Below, in pieces: positions 50,982-63,774 of a stretch of 64,000 bases of DNA (positions within the stretch are counted from its first letter, which is position 1; each line of letters begins with the position of its first letter). The stretch spans positions 310,001 to 374,000 of the forward strand of contig NW_019029003.1 in NCBI RefSeq assembly GCF_002105155.1, read 5' to 3'. Source of the DNA: Lobosporangium transversale (taxonomy: Eukaryota). The translations under genes were made by a program, and so were the position numbers. The notes beneath the pieces were generated by a model. It did no database searches, was not told the DNA's origin, and saw nothing but the letters and a program-made list of their open reading frames with translations.

Positions 50982-52128
50982 GTCGAGGTGGGATGACCAA
51001 CGACGAAGTGGATGTATCACTTTGCTCTCGTTACAAAGAACAGTGTGGAAGTGTGATGAGTGAGAAGAGTGTGGTGAATGCTGCTGTCAAAAAGAAAAGA
51101 AAAAAAGGAAATAAAGAGATGAGTAAACAAGCGACAGAGTGTTTGAATTATGAATGATGTTATTTGTAGGACAGAAGAGAGAGGGAAGAGTGTCTCTTTT
51201 TTTGTGTATGATTTTTTGGTGGCAATGCTGCTGCGGTGCAGTGAAAATGGCGGGAAACAAGAAGAAAAAAAAAAGAAAAAGAAAATTGAGAGTTGGAAGG
51301 CGCAGGTGAATTTATAGATTTTTTACGGTCAAACTCAGTTGACTTTTACGCCTCCTCTCTTTTCTACTCAGCACCGAAATGGCCAAAATTCAAAAAATGA
51401 TGGTGTATGATGATATGGATGAATAAGGTGTGTTATAAATGTGCTAGAAGAAGAGAGGAAAGGAGGGGGAGAAAAAGGACTGGATCGATCGCCAAGTTTA
51501 TGCTTAGGTGATCTGTTGTTTTTTGTAGAATGAAAAAGAAAAAACCATGCATGGGCATGACAAAAAGCAAAAATAAAAATATAATATGGCTTGTGCGCCA
51601 ATTAATAAGAATAAAATATGACTGTCACGGGATTTCTACTCTATATGGTAATTCGTCAATTCGGCTAGACTTAAAAATTAATGTCAGCAATAGGTGCTTG
51701 GCAAAGGGAACGAATCAGATTCCAACTTTCAGGGCGGGGATAAGGAAAAATGATAAAAAGGCAATAAAGAAGATTAATAAGATGGAAAAACCAATTCAAA
51801 TGTGTGTAGCTGAGATGTCATTGGTAAGAAATATTCTCGTTCTACAGCATGTAGGGTGTCAATGGCATCTCACTATAGAAGTCAACGAGGCGTGACCACA
51901 AGGGAAGAAAACATGCCTTGAAGGCATTGATTAAAAAAAAAAAGGAGAGAGAATGCTTTTGATAAGAGAGAACATGCATGTGAAGATGATTCAATTGGCC
52001 TTTCCCCAAATGAATTACAACGTGCACAGCACAGCACAACATGGAAATGAATGAAGGGCTGCGCAGAATATGGAGATGCAAAAAAAAATATAAAATAAGG
52101 TGTGGAGGATGTGAATTAGGAGTAATTG

Positions 52129-52163
<35 letters not shown>

Positions 52164-55020
52164 TGCAATGGAAATCTAAAGGTGGCACAGAGTGATGAGT
52201 AACACATTCCACTATCACCATTGCCCATTACCATTACCACCAGAGTCTCGTTCTAGTTTATTCAGCTCTCACTCTGTTGAACACACAAATCAATTGAGTT
52301 TCATTGAGAGGATATTCGTACTCCCTTTATTTTCTCCTTATCCTTCTCTCACTCCTTATTTTTTTATTTATTTATTTTTTATTTTAGGTACTGAGATGCG
52401 AAATGGGCATAAGACGAAGCGGTGAATGGTTATGGAGAGTAAGGATGAAGAAATTAAAGATTATTTAATAATGAACATCGGGATGTGTAACCGATGATAC
52501 CAAAATGCTGATTAATTGAATCTCGGAACGATGAAAATGGCATGGAAAAAGAATAGATTGGAGTAATTAAATTGATTATCCCAATAATGAGTTGTTTACC
52601 GCTCTGGCTATATAATCTGAAGGTCATTTATTTCATCATCCACCTCCTTAATCCCTCTTGTCTTCCTTGTCTCATGATGTTTTCTTTTTGTCTCTCTCTC
52701 CTCAACAACATGGAACAGGATGAAGTCTTCACTAATGATACATGAAATAGCCTTTTGTTTGGAAGATGGTGTCATTTGCGAATTGACAGTATGAATTATA
52801 CAAACAAAAAAAGGCAAAGCATTACAATGACAATCAAAAAGATAAAAGCATTTGTGATAGATAGGACACCTTAAAAGTCAGACGGAGTGTGAAAGAATAA
52901 AAAAAAAAAAGACGAGATCATGAGTGATCATCGCTCCGTTGCGTGCCAATTGTGTATATATAGCAAGCGTTTTGTTTATTTAAAGATAGTGCGAATAGTG
53001 CCATGGTATTGTGTGCGTGACAGAACAATGAAAGAATGTGGTTTAAAAAACTGAATATAACGTCAAGAGAACAGTGCTTTATCGTCATTGTTTTTCCTTG
53101 GTCTTAAAGACCCAGAACCGCTTTTTGCTAATTGCTTCGCCCTAGTCATCGTATTTTCTTTATCTAACAGCGGGTAATCAATTAAAAGACAAAGTCGAGC
53201 AAAAAGCACAATGCTTGACTAAGGAGCTGAGGATTCATGGATAATGTAAGCTCCCTGGTTGATTTATTGGGGGAAGAAGGGGAAGCAGAAAGGCGACAAA
53301 AAAAAGAGATGGAGATGGTATGCTTGATGGCAAAGAGAAAAAAAACAAAACACCAAATCTCCAAAGCTGGGGCTAAATGATGACGGTTGATTTTCATAAT
53401 AGAAATCAAATAGAAACTCAAAAAAAAAAAAAAAAAAAAAAAAAGAAAAGAAAAAGAAAAGAAAAAGAAAAGAAAAAGCATTACCTTGAAAGTGTGAGAG
53501 AGGGAGTGAGGTTTATGCCGAACTGATGAAGTTGTTTTTGGTGTCAATGGCTTGCTTTGTTTAATATAATGATGATGCTGAATGCGCTTGAGGGTTGAAG
53601 ATTAAAGAAAAAGAAAAAGAAAAATATTAAGAATAATTAAAATCAAATTGGATGCAAAAGAAAAAAAAAAAGTTTCTTCTTTATATTTTCTCTGAGCATG
53701 CACGAGCCACAGATGCACCGCAGTATCAGTTGTTCTTTTTTATTGTTTGAGAAGAACCTAGAAGCCATGACAACGTAAACCCTTTTAGTCGTACCGTATC
53801 CGTCGACCTTGGCAGCCTTTGGAGCCTTTAGCAGAGTCGGAGATCCAAAGATGAAGCAAAAAGAAAAGGGAACCGTCAACTGTCAAGTTTGTGGAGAAAC
53901 CATGCACAACAATCAACAATGACATCAAGAGAACTAAAAAAAAAAAAATTAATGATCAACTGGGACTATACCATTTTCTGCTTGCTTAGCAATTTAATCG
54001 ACCATCGCTTATACCTATTTGTCAATTTGCCAATGCATTCTACCCATACACAGGCTTCAAGTCAAAGAATCCAATTAGTCAAGGCATACGCAGGCAGGCA
54101 GTAAATGAATTGCGGATCCGGAGATAAAAGTAAATAAATAAACTCAATAAATACAACCGTCAATGTCGTCCGTCTGACGAAAACATCACGCAAAGTGATG
54201 TGATTTTGCAGCAAGAACTCAGAATTGGTTCTCCCTCCTCCACTCTTCTGCGCAACTAAATGTCTAATAGCCAACATCTTCCCTTTTCGCCGGCTGTTGC
54301 TATTTGAATCAACAATGCTTGCGTGGAGGAAAGAAAAAAGCCGATTGAAATATCTTTTATCCTTTTATTTTTACTTTTTAATATAGTTTGCTTTTCTCCT
54401 TCTTGGCAATAACAAGGAGTACACAGTTTGATATAGAGTAATGGGAAGGAGAGGAAGCATAATGGGAAACATAGAGCACAGTTGATAGAAGGATATGTCC
54501 TTTTGATCCCAAACTAGGACATCACAGGAATGATGTAAGTCGTATGATGCGGCAGATACAAATCTTCGGATTCCGTATGCATCTCCAAACTCAATTCCAT
54601 AATTTATAAATTTATAAGAGAGAGTTTAAATAATCAACAAAGGGATCTCCTATCGCAGAACGTTCGAGTATTTTTAGTCAAAACTAATGATTTGTCAGCC
54701 CTTATGAAGGTAACATTACTTTACGCTCATCACTCCAAGAACGAAGTGGGTGTGGTTTTTTTTTTTTTTTCTTCTTGTCCAAGCTGACATTTATTCTATA
54801 CTTTTATGTTGTCCACACAGCACCAAGGAGCATTGTGGTCTTTTCTATCTTTGCACATTGAATTTGATCCACAGTGGTTAATGCACAGCTGAAAATTGCT
54901 GACATCCTCCATGTCTCCAAAAATTTAAAAGGCAATACATTATTGCTGTCTTCTCAATCTTTTATTGTATAGAAAAAAAAAAAAAAATCCCCTCTTCATC
55001 CCATTTTATCCGTCCCATCC

Positions 55021-56036
55021 ATGATGCTGTCATCAGGTAATCATAAACACAAAGGTCATATTGCTTGCGGAAGCCAAGGTAGAAGTAGAAGTAGATATAA
55101 AAAGACACAAGAGAGCAGCACCATTCGCACCTTAGGCACAGCCACTGTCGGTGAACAACAACAGCCAATCGACTCTGCACAGAAATTTTGTAACACAATC
55201 CAAGTATTGATTCAAGAACGCTATCAACAGGCTTTGACTTACTGCGCGTCAGCTAAGCATGCGACCTGCCATCAGATTTACCGTAATTGGCACTCAGAGG
55301 ATATGCAACGGAAAGAGATTGTTGTCACTTCCCCCTTTGCTTTTAATAAGCCTAGCGTTAATGATGAAATGAAGCGATATCTGGTTGCGTATCCTGCTGA
55401 AAAATACGCTCTCGATCGTCTGAATGACTTTTCTCCGATCGTAAATCCATATTTCAATATGTTGGGAATCTTTTTCTGCACCACTCCTGCCTTGGATGAG
55501 CGGCCGGCTCCTTCTTCTCCCTATGGTAAGATCCGATTTCAAGTGTCCTTTACAGACCTTCAACAAGCCATGTTCCCAGTGTTTCGATTATTCTTCGCAG
55601 ATCATTACCGCGTGAAAGAAGATTGGTATATCCAATTGGTCGTAGTACCACAATGGAACCGCCGATTAGAGGAACAATGTCAGCTTCAAGGCCTGATCGA
55701 GTTGGATGTCAATTCCAACCCATTCTTCTATTGCTCCTCCTCCTCCTCTTCTTCTTCCCCTTCAGCAGTAGCATTGTCATCGTCTGCTAGTGTCAACAAG
55801 GACACGAAGAACGAATATCGCACTTGCATTGCTCCTAAGCTTTGGATCGAACTTTTAGTTGGATGCGATGTCATCTGCACTTCGTCTCTAGGCAATATTG
55901 TCAGTAGTCAGCTACATGCTAGAGTGCGAAAGACTAGAAACTTTATGACAGATCAAGAGCAACGTATAAAATACGCTACCATTTTGAAAGCACTCTCCAA
56001 GGATCTGGATCACGCTGCTGATGAATTACTACAACT

Positions 56037-56069
<33 letters not shown>

Positions 56070-56172
56070 GCAGCAGCAGCCACAGAACATGAATGTGAAG
56101 ATATCAGAGTTGACAATCCAATTAGCTTTTCTAAGGACATGTCTCTGTACCTTACAATCCGCCAATAGATGA
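55021..56172 (+). CDS. PHYHIP (phytanoyl-CoA hydroxylase-interacting protein) C-terminal-domain-like protein, intronless, with poly-Ser and poly-Gln tracts
   Basis: Ordered motifs IYRN, GIFFCTT, P..SPYG..RF, LFFADHY, YIQLVV, L..NSNPFF, IELL parallel recalled PHYHIP motifs FYRN, GIFFS, PPQDSPYGRYRF, LYFGDFY, YVILV, NKFL, LEVIY. Confidence 0.72.
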
Positions 56173-56222
56173 AAAAATAAAAAACCGAATTGAGAGATAG
56201 GAAACACATACTTTTATTTACA

Positions 56223-56906
56223 TTATAACACAGGCTGGGGACCATATTTCTGATTATACCATGCTACCACAGATTCATTGTTCAGGGTTTGCCCTGGTGC
56301 AAAAGTTTCAAAGTCTGGGTTACGTTGATAGGCAATCTTTGCAACTTCGATGAGCACCCCTGCTGTGAGACCATATACAGCCCAGCCAACCTTGGTTGGA
56401 TTCTCTTGAGCAACAATTTCTTTTTTCTCGAGTTGCTTATCTTCCCCACTATTCGACACAGAGCTTGAGTTTGATGATGATGTTGTTGTTGCTGTCTGTG
56501 GCAACTGCCCAGAACTCTCCAGCTTCTCAAGGATAAAGTTATGGGTCCCACATCGCTCGAACCTGTGGACCCGATGATTTGAAATCCAATCCATATCAAA
56601 CCAATTGTAGTCTCCTGGGCGAGGACTGAGGAAGTATTCAAGAGGCTCTGTGAAAATGGCAGCGACCTCTCCAGGATTTGGGCGGAGGAGGGTGGTAAGG
56701 TCTGTGGTCCTCAGGTCGGGGCAAAAGGCGACTACAGGTGTGACAACATGCAGATGTCGAGAGAGTACAGGTGATAGTACTGTCAATACCTGAGAATTAG
56801 AAGGCAATAACCGAACTTCCTCAAACGCTTCCCGTTTCTGGTATCACAGTCGCATGAGCAAAAATGCGCGTTTAATAATTCATGCATTCGAATAGATGGT
56901 TAAAAG

Positions 56907-56937
<31 letters not shown>

Positions 56938-57318
56938 GACAGAATGACTTACAGCCGTCGTTATCAAATCAGCATCCTCAGGGTCCTGCTTGCCTAAATA
57001 TTCGATCAATTAATAATCATGGCAACCGGAGTGTCAATTAATGTAAAACAAAACCGTAAAAGGCCTAAAACTTGAATAAAGGTCCACCTATCATGGCAAT
57101 TTTCAGATCCAACACAAACCTCCAGGAAATGCAGATTCACCAGCACCAGTACGTAAAGAAGAAGAGCGAGCTGTGAGAATGACCTCAAGATCGCCTTCAT
57201 TATTGGCTACAAGCGCTACTAACACAGCCGAGCGTTTCTTGGCTTGATAATTGTCTACACTTGGCGGATAGTTCTTCAGATTTTCCAGCGCTTGAATAGA
57301 TTTCTGATTCAGATACAT
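56223..57318 (-). CDS. Nudix hydrolase, CoA pyrophosphatase type (NUDT7/PCD1-like), 3 exons
   Basis: SAVLVAL..VILTARSSSLRTGAGESAFPGG|KQDPED..TA|KREAFEEVRL, VVTPVVA, NPGEVAAIFTEPL, VYGLTAGVL. Confidence 0.9.
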
Positions 57319-58036
57319 TGTTGTGTTTCACACTTTTTTTTTTTCTTTTCCTAATCTTTTGAGATGAGTAAGTGGATGATGCAGGACTTGAGCGAATGAA
57401 TGTGTCAATATGAAAAGTGTTCGGAATGCAATTGCGTAAAAAAGAAGAAAAAAGGGAAAAAGGGAAAAAGGGAAAAAGGCAAAGCGACCCGACAAAAGGT
57501 TTATTCAATTCACCCGCAGTCATCAACCATTTGTTTATTCGAATAAAAGGATTGTTGATAATAAAAACAAAATATGCTCTCCTACTAAAAAGGCTGGACT
57601 AAGATGGCAAAAGAGAAGGAGAAGTAGAAGAAAATAAGCCAAGGTTGGAATGAGTACAGTGCATCGAGGCAGGAAAAAAAAAACTATGACACATGCAACA
57701 TAACATACACTGTGCGCAGTAGAAAAACGGTTCATACAAGGAGGTTTGTCCGACTTTACTTTCTCACTTTCAGTGAGTCAGTTGTTCATTTGATCCCTTC
57801 GATCCATGTTCCTCCTTTGACTCTAATGAAATGAATGACTCATTCCTTAATGTTGAATGCCTTTTTCTGAATTTGTCATTGTCTCGATTTGGATTAGTCT
57901 ATCTCCCTTTGCCCAACGGCGCGATGAAGGGTTGCAGAGTCCAAAATATACTTTTTTTTTTTGCTTCGCAGTTGATATAACACATCTTTCTTCTCTCACT
58001 CTCTCACGCTTCTAATTATCATTACAGACTAAAAAC

Positions 58037-59266
58037 ATGTCTGTTGCCAAGAACGCTTTCCTTAGCACGTTCAGCCATCTTACAAAAGCTGTTTCCAATG
58101 GCACACCTCTTCTCCGTGTGACAAAGCCGATCGTTTCCGCACCCATGAACGCTTGGTCAGGACCCACACTTGTTGCTGCTGTTGCCAATCACGGAGGGTT
58201 CCCCATCTATCCAATCGGTTACTTTACAGATCCTCCCAAGATCCTCAAGGAGCTTCAGTCCATTCTTCCACTTCTCAAGGACCTTGAGGCTCCAGGCAGC
58301 AATCAAGCAGCAGGAGCAGCAGGAGCAAGGGCAGGGGAAGTAACAGGAGCAGAGGCAGGTCCTGAACCAGATCAATTTTTACCATATGGAGTTGGGTTCA
58401 TCACTTTTTGGCTGGACCGTCAAGGACCTGAGTTGCTATTAGATATCCTCAAGGGTCGAGGTGATGATCCTAACCGTCAATCTCCACCTCGTCCACCTGC
58501 AGCAGTTTGGTTCTCATTTGGGAACTATAAGCCATACCTCAAGCTGATTCGCGAACATGGAGTGACTGGAACCAAAGTGATTGTACAAGTACAAACAATT
58601 CAAGAAGCTCTGGAAGCTCAACAAGAACTTGTCGATGTGATTGTCTTGCAGGGAACGGAGTCTGGAGGTCATGGTGCTCAGCGTGTATGGCCTTTGATGA
58701 CTTTGATCCCTGAAGCTATCCAGGCTCTTGAGGCCAAGGTTGGTTCAGTCAATGCTTCAGGATCAAAACTTACCATGCCTGCCATCTTGGCTGCAGGTGG
58801 AATCTCAGTTGCATCTCAATTTACAGCCATTCAGACAATGGGAGCATCTGGCGCAGTCATTGGAACCGGGTTCATGCCCACATACGAATCGCCAGGCCCT
58901 CAGCATGCAAAGGAACGCCTCTTGAAGGTCGAGGATGGTGGTGCAGGCACCGTCCGCACCCGCATCTTTGACGAGTTGCGCGAGTTCAATTGGCCTGAGG
59001 GTTATGACGGGCGAGTTGTGAGAAATTTAGTGACGGAGCGTGAAGAGGAGGATTTGAAAAACCATGGATTGTACGAACAGACAGGTCCAGCAGTGTTCAA
59101 ATTGCTCAAAGAAGATCGCACCGGTACCAAGGAGGATTGGATAAGGGCCACCAAAGATCAGGATTTCGATCTGTTGCCACTCTGGGCTGGCACAGGTGTA
59201 GGCATGCTGAAGAAACAAGTCTCTGCTGCCGAGTTTATGGATCAATTGCTCAACAAACCGAACTAA
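58037..59266 (+). CDS. Nitronate monooxygenase (2-nitropropane dioxygenase) family flavoenzyme, intronless
   Basis: PIVSAPM, LVAAVANHGG, IVLQGTESGGHG, ILAAGGI, GASGAVIGTGF, PLWAGTGVG. Confidence 0.93.
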   Translation: MSVAKNAFLSTFSHLTKAVSNGTPLLRVTKPIVSAPMNAWSGPTLVAAVANHGGFPIYPIGYFTDPPKILKELQSILPLLKDLEAPGSNQAAGAAGARAGEVTGAEAGPEPDQFLPYGVGFITFWLDRQGPELLLDILKGRGDDPNRQSPPRPPAAVWFSFGNYKPYLKLIREHGVTGTKVIVQVQTIQEALEAQQELVDVIVLQGTESGGHGAQRVWPLMTLIPEAIQALEAKVGSVNASGSKLTMPAILAAGGISVASQFTAIQTMGASGAVIGTGFMPTYESPGPQHAKERLLKVEDGGAGTVRTRIFDELREFNWPEGYDGRVVRNLVTEREEEDLKNHGLYEQTGPAVFKLLKEDRTGTKEDWIRATKDQDFDLLPLWAGTGVGMLKKQVSAAEFMDQLLNKPN

Positions 59267-59418
59267 AATTGGTTCATATCCCAACAAGATATTTCATAAT
59301 GTTTTGGTTTAATGAATGCAGACAGATAAATAAAGACTAGTCGTTGTCTTCTACTTTACATTTTTTTTTTTTTTTTTCCCTCTTCTCTTTCTCACTTTTT
59401 TTTTTTCTGAATGATCTA

Positions 59419-61051
59419 TTATGCCTTCTTGGTGACCATCTTCTGACGCTTCTTGAGTGCTCTCTTTTCCTCTTTGACAGCCAACTTGCGTTGGGCTTCG
59501 GGCGATAAGTTCTTTTCATACTCACGCTTCTCTCGTACACGTTTCTCCTCCAACTCTCGCGCTCTTTCTGCTTGAGCCTTCTTGTCGAGCTCTTTAGAAG
59601 CTTCTTCACGAGCCTTAATAATCTTGGACTTTGTCTGAAAGCAAAAAGAAAAAAAGAAAAGAAAAAGATAAAAAGAAAAAAGAATGAAATGTTTTAAATT
59701 AGTATTACGGCAGATACAATGCAATAGAGACAAATTGGGTAGTTCCAATCTAAAAGTCACTTACCACTGCAGTGACATGGCAATCACGAGGAAGGCCGTC
59801 CAGACAGGCAACAAGGGCCTCCACGAGAGGCAAGATCTCACGAGTGTATCTAGCATTAGGCAAGCGGAAAGATAGCGAGATGCGCTTGGCATAGGGCTCT
59901 GTAGAAACACTAGCAAAAAAAAAAAACAGAAAAAATTGAGTGAGATCAATGATTAGGTATAAAATGTTGCAATTTAGATAGAGGAGAGAACGAACGTACG
60001 TTTCAGGCTTGTACATAGGCTGGTCGGAGACGACAAAGTAATCGAGCCATTGAGCAGCCTTGTTCAACTTGTCGCTGATTAAAGGCAGGATGGCCTCTGT
60101 CAGTTCATTTGACTCTGTTAATGTGATCAACGAAGCGTCCAACGATTTCTGATTCGAAGCTTTGGTAAACGTTGTGAGATCATAAAACTTTGCGCGAACA
60201 GATATTCCCGTGGTCTTGGGCACAACCGCAAATACTCCGTCACTATACTCGCCAGGGTTCATGGTTACATTCAGCGTGCAAGTATCCTGAACTGGGGTTG
60301 ATAGAAAGGTGAAAATCGTGCGGATGAGATCCTGGCGAGGCCGCATCTAGTATGACCATGCCACCCCAAAAAATGAAGAGTGAAAAGTCAGTTTAAATTA
60401 ACATATTGGATGCAAAAAGAAATTCTTTCTCCAAAAAAATAATCTTGATTTGAAAGGAAATAAAAACAATGTTATGTTGTACCTTGATCAGTCCATGAAC
60501 AGTTGCTACATGGCGACGGCCCGTCAAGTAGATAATATATTCGTGAGGCGCATCGATCGCCAGTTCGGCACCATTGTCACCCACACGTGCAAAGTTAGCA
60601 CGGAAGAGTGGCAGCATAACTGCCATAGTGGACTTTGCAAGCACCTCATTATGCCTTTTCCCAACCCAATATGTGACCAGGATTAAGAAGATGAAGCTGA
60701 TATACATGAGTTCCTTTCCAAAGCGGTCTCGCAATTCGTCAAATGCTAGATAAATGAATCAAGGAAATGATGAATTTAGCCATATCAGATCCAAAGTGTG
60801 TGACAATTAAGGAGGGGGAAAAAAGTGTATGTGCATGTCTAGTCATTTACATTCAAAGTACGGGATCGAGGCGGCGATCGATCCTGTCGAAGCATCTATC
60901 CGTTGTGATAATCAACTGTTGAATGAGTAAACACATCATGTCTTTGCGAAAAGATGACTATGCCGATTGACAACAGGCACATACCAGCAAAGACCATGCC
61001 AGGCATGACAAGTGATGCTGCGATGGCAGGGATGAACGCGCCACGCGACAT
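59419..61051 (-). CDS. CCDC47: CCDC47 / DUF1682 (PAT complex subunit) ER membrane protein (multi-exon)
   Basis: Signal-like N-terminus, TM ending YWVGKRHN, FRANFARVG, YLTGRRH, MRPRQDL, ITLTESNEL, basic coiled-coil C-terminus LSPEAQRK..KEEKR. Confidence 0.85.
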
Positions 61052-61218
61052 TTTCTTTTTGATTAGGACGTTTATGAGAAAAAAAAAAAAAGGTACGAAG
61101 AGAGAGAAAGAAAAGAGAGTGGAGAGTCATATTATTCTATCCAACTTATTTAAAGATGTTTAAAAGTAAAAGTAAGCCACGTTCTCATCAACCATGCCCC
61201 AATGTCAATATCTTTTGA

Positions 61219-61623
61219 CTACGAAATTGTGCACACAGCCATTGAGCGACGCGTCTCAATGTCTTTGATCCAGTTCAGTACAGTCAGCAAACGTTTACGA
61301 ACAGAGGTCTCGTGCAGCAGCTCGTACTTTTGATACGGGGGCATTGGGAGTACGGACGCTACCCAGAATGACAAGTATTGCCCATCATCCTCAATCATCT
61401 CGCCATATTCGCGCTGGAGACGCTGCGTTGCCAATGGTCCCAGTCGGTCTTGCATATAGGCCACATACGCTACTAAGATCTGCAGTAGTTGCTTTTGTGA
61501 TAGCATCTCAAGTTTCTGCCGATGGAGGTCCTCAAATCCCAGTTGGCGAGAAGAAGATCTACCTACATCTTCTAAGAGACCTGAAGATGACGTCGGTGCT
61601 GACACTGATACCGATAACGACAA

Positions 61624-61655
<32 letters not shown>

Positions 61656-63075
61656 ATAGTGATAAACTTGAATGCGAAAGGAGCGGAGTGGTCCCCGATT
61701 GTGAAGTCTCTTGGTCTTGTCTCCGTTTACTTGCTCTTCCGAGCAGATGGCTGGCTTGCTCCTCACCACTCTCAGCTATACTTTTAGATATGCCTGTTTC
61801 TGCTTGCTGCTCACGCTCCTTCGCAGTAGCGGCGGCAGCATCCAGAACCTTCTTCTCAAGTCCTCGTTCGTATTCTTCGGGTATATCGTCAATTATATCG
61901 ACGGCCGTGGCAGCATAATATCCGTCCACCTTGGAATAAGTCAGGATCTGGAACCTAGATACCCCAACGGTCTCTACAAGTGCCCGTCCATCGGGTAAGA
62001 GCTCGCAGGAGAGCACTTTTAATAACGTGCCATACTCCATACTGGGTTCCCAAGCAAAGGTTTCCAGATCTTGATACTTTTGTTGTTGAGGCGGGAGCAC
62101 CATTCCAAATAGTTTGCTTTCTGTCTTGAGTACATTCCTCAACAGTTTTCGATATCGTGGTTCAAATACCAAGAGATAGCAGGGTATCCGTGGGAAGATG
62201 AGAGCATTGATAAACAGTGGGGTCACGGCCAGCGTTGGATCAACCTCTCGTTCCTCGACAGATGAATGATTTTCACTCTCAAAAGTTATTCTTGGGCGAG
62301 TGGAAAGATACTGAATGAAGCGCAGAAGTGCCTTGTTGGGTGGTTGATTGTGATAGAACATATACAAAGGTAGCTTGCGTCGACAGAGTGGGCAGTCTGG
62401 TTTGTGATCCAGAGAAGTGATAAGGCAGCTCTTACAAAGAGTATGACCACAATAAGTCGTGATAGGATGATCAAAGAGCAGAAAGCAAATTTGACATTCG
62501 ACTTCTTGCTGAATTTTTAGACGTAGATTGTCAACAATGGTAGGAATATTGCGATAAAGGGCTGAGGATGAAGCTGAACTTGAGCTGACAACTGGCTCAG
62601 TTGGAATGGACATATATGGGTCAAAAAGGCCTTCTAAAGTGGCTTCCCAGGTAGGATCGGCCTCTGTACTGCCGTAAAAGAGGTTGTCTGGTTGATGGTG
62701 GGGCCGCTCGTTCTCAGAGTCTTCATGAAGGATGTTGGCAAGGGAATTGGAGTGGAGTGCCGCTGTCCGTAAGATCATTGAGAGATTCTGAAGGGTCACA
62801 TCGACGGCTAGTTGGTCCGGTGTGTGTAGACAAGAGCGTGCGCAGGCATTGAAGGGACATCGGATCTGCTGCTGGAAGTCGATGGTTTCCAGAGGTGGGA
62901 GACAGCCTTGGCAGACAGTAAAGCCGCAGGGCAGGGTAATAGGATTGAGCAAGAGCTCCTTACAGGTCGGGCACTGAAGTGGACGGTAGGAGCGTGTGGG
63001 AAATAGCGCAGGTGTGGAGGAGGAAAAGGGTGGGGTTCGGGAAAGGATTGTGGTTGATGAGGTGAATCGGTTCAT
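61219..63075 (-). CDS. LON peptidase N-terminal domain and RING finger protein (LONRF-like E3 ligase), intronless
   Basis: Two RING fingers (CPTC..PITLPCGFTVCQGC; CQIC..PITTYCGHTLCKSC..CPLCR) followed by LON-N motifs LLVFEPRYR, FGMV, YGTLL..LPDGRALVETVGVSRF, LSFWVASVLP. Confidence 0.93.
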
Positions 63076-63774
63076 GGTAACTGTGATGAGGGGAAAGAAT
63101 GAAGAAGGGGAAAAGAAGATGGTTGGGGCGACAACAAGGTGACAGACGAGTGAAAAGAGGGAGGGGAATGTAGAAAAAGGATGTTTGAGTGTTGCACAAT
63201 TTTTCCTGATGCCATTCCTTAAAGAGGCGCTGTTTTTGAATCCATCTAGACTGGGAGCGAAGGAAAAGATGCAAACGTGGCGAAGATGTAAATGATCACA
63301 TTGACTCTGGTGACATGACACTTCACTTGTCCTTGTCTGGTGTCTCTCTTGTCTTTATTTTTATTTTTATTTTTATTTTTTTTTCGATTTAAACATTTAA
63401 AATGACTAAAAAACATTTTTCCCATGCTCTGGAATTGAGACAGGTGTCTATCATTGGAAGCAATAAAAAGCCATGGCCAAGGTTGCCACCAATTTACCAA
63501 TTAACATACAATAGCACAATGGAACAGGGGCAAGATTCAAAGAGATGAAAAAAAAAAAGATCAATCACACGCCACTGGGCTGTGCATTTCCCGCATCAAA
63601 CAACCCTTTTTTCTACAACACCTCTTCTTTTTTTTTTTTTTTCCTTTCTCATTCTTCTTGCATTCCTTGTCTTTTGCCTTTTGCTTACAGCCCTTACTCG
63701 CATAATCTCTTAAATCTTCTTTTCGCCTCTTGCATTCTCACAAAAAAAGAAAGGAATAAAAGATTACCTTTACG

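Noticed and set aside
55021..57318. PHYHIP-like gene plus Nudix as a writer/eraser ADP-ribosylation pair
   Set aside because: The Nudix has the CoA-pyrophosphatase-type motif (LTARSSSLR..GESAFPGG) rather than ADP-ribose hydrolase features, and adjacency in fungal genomes rarely implies function.
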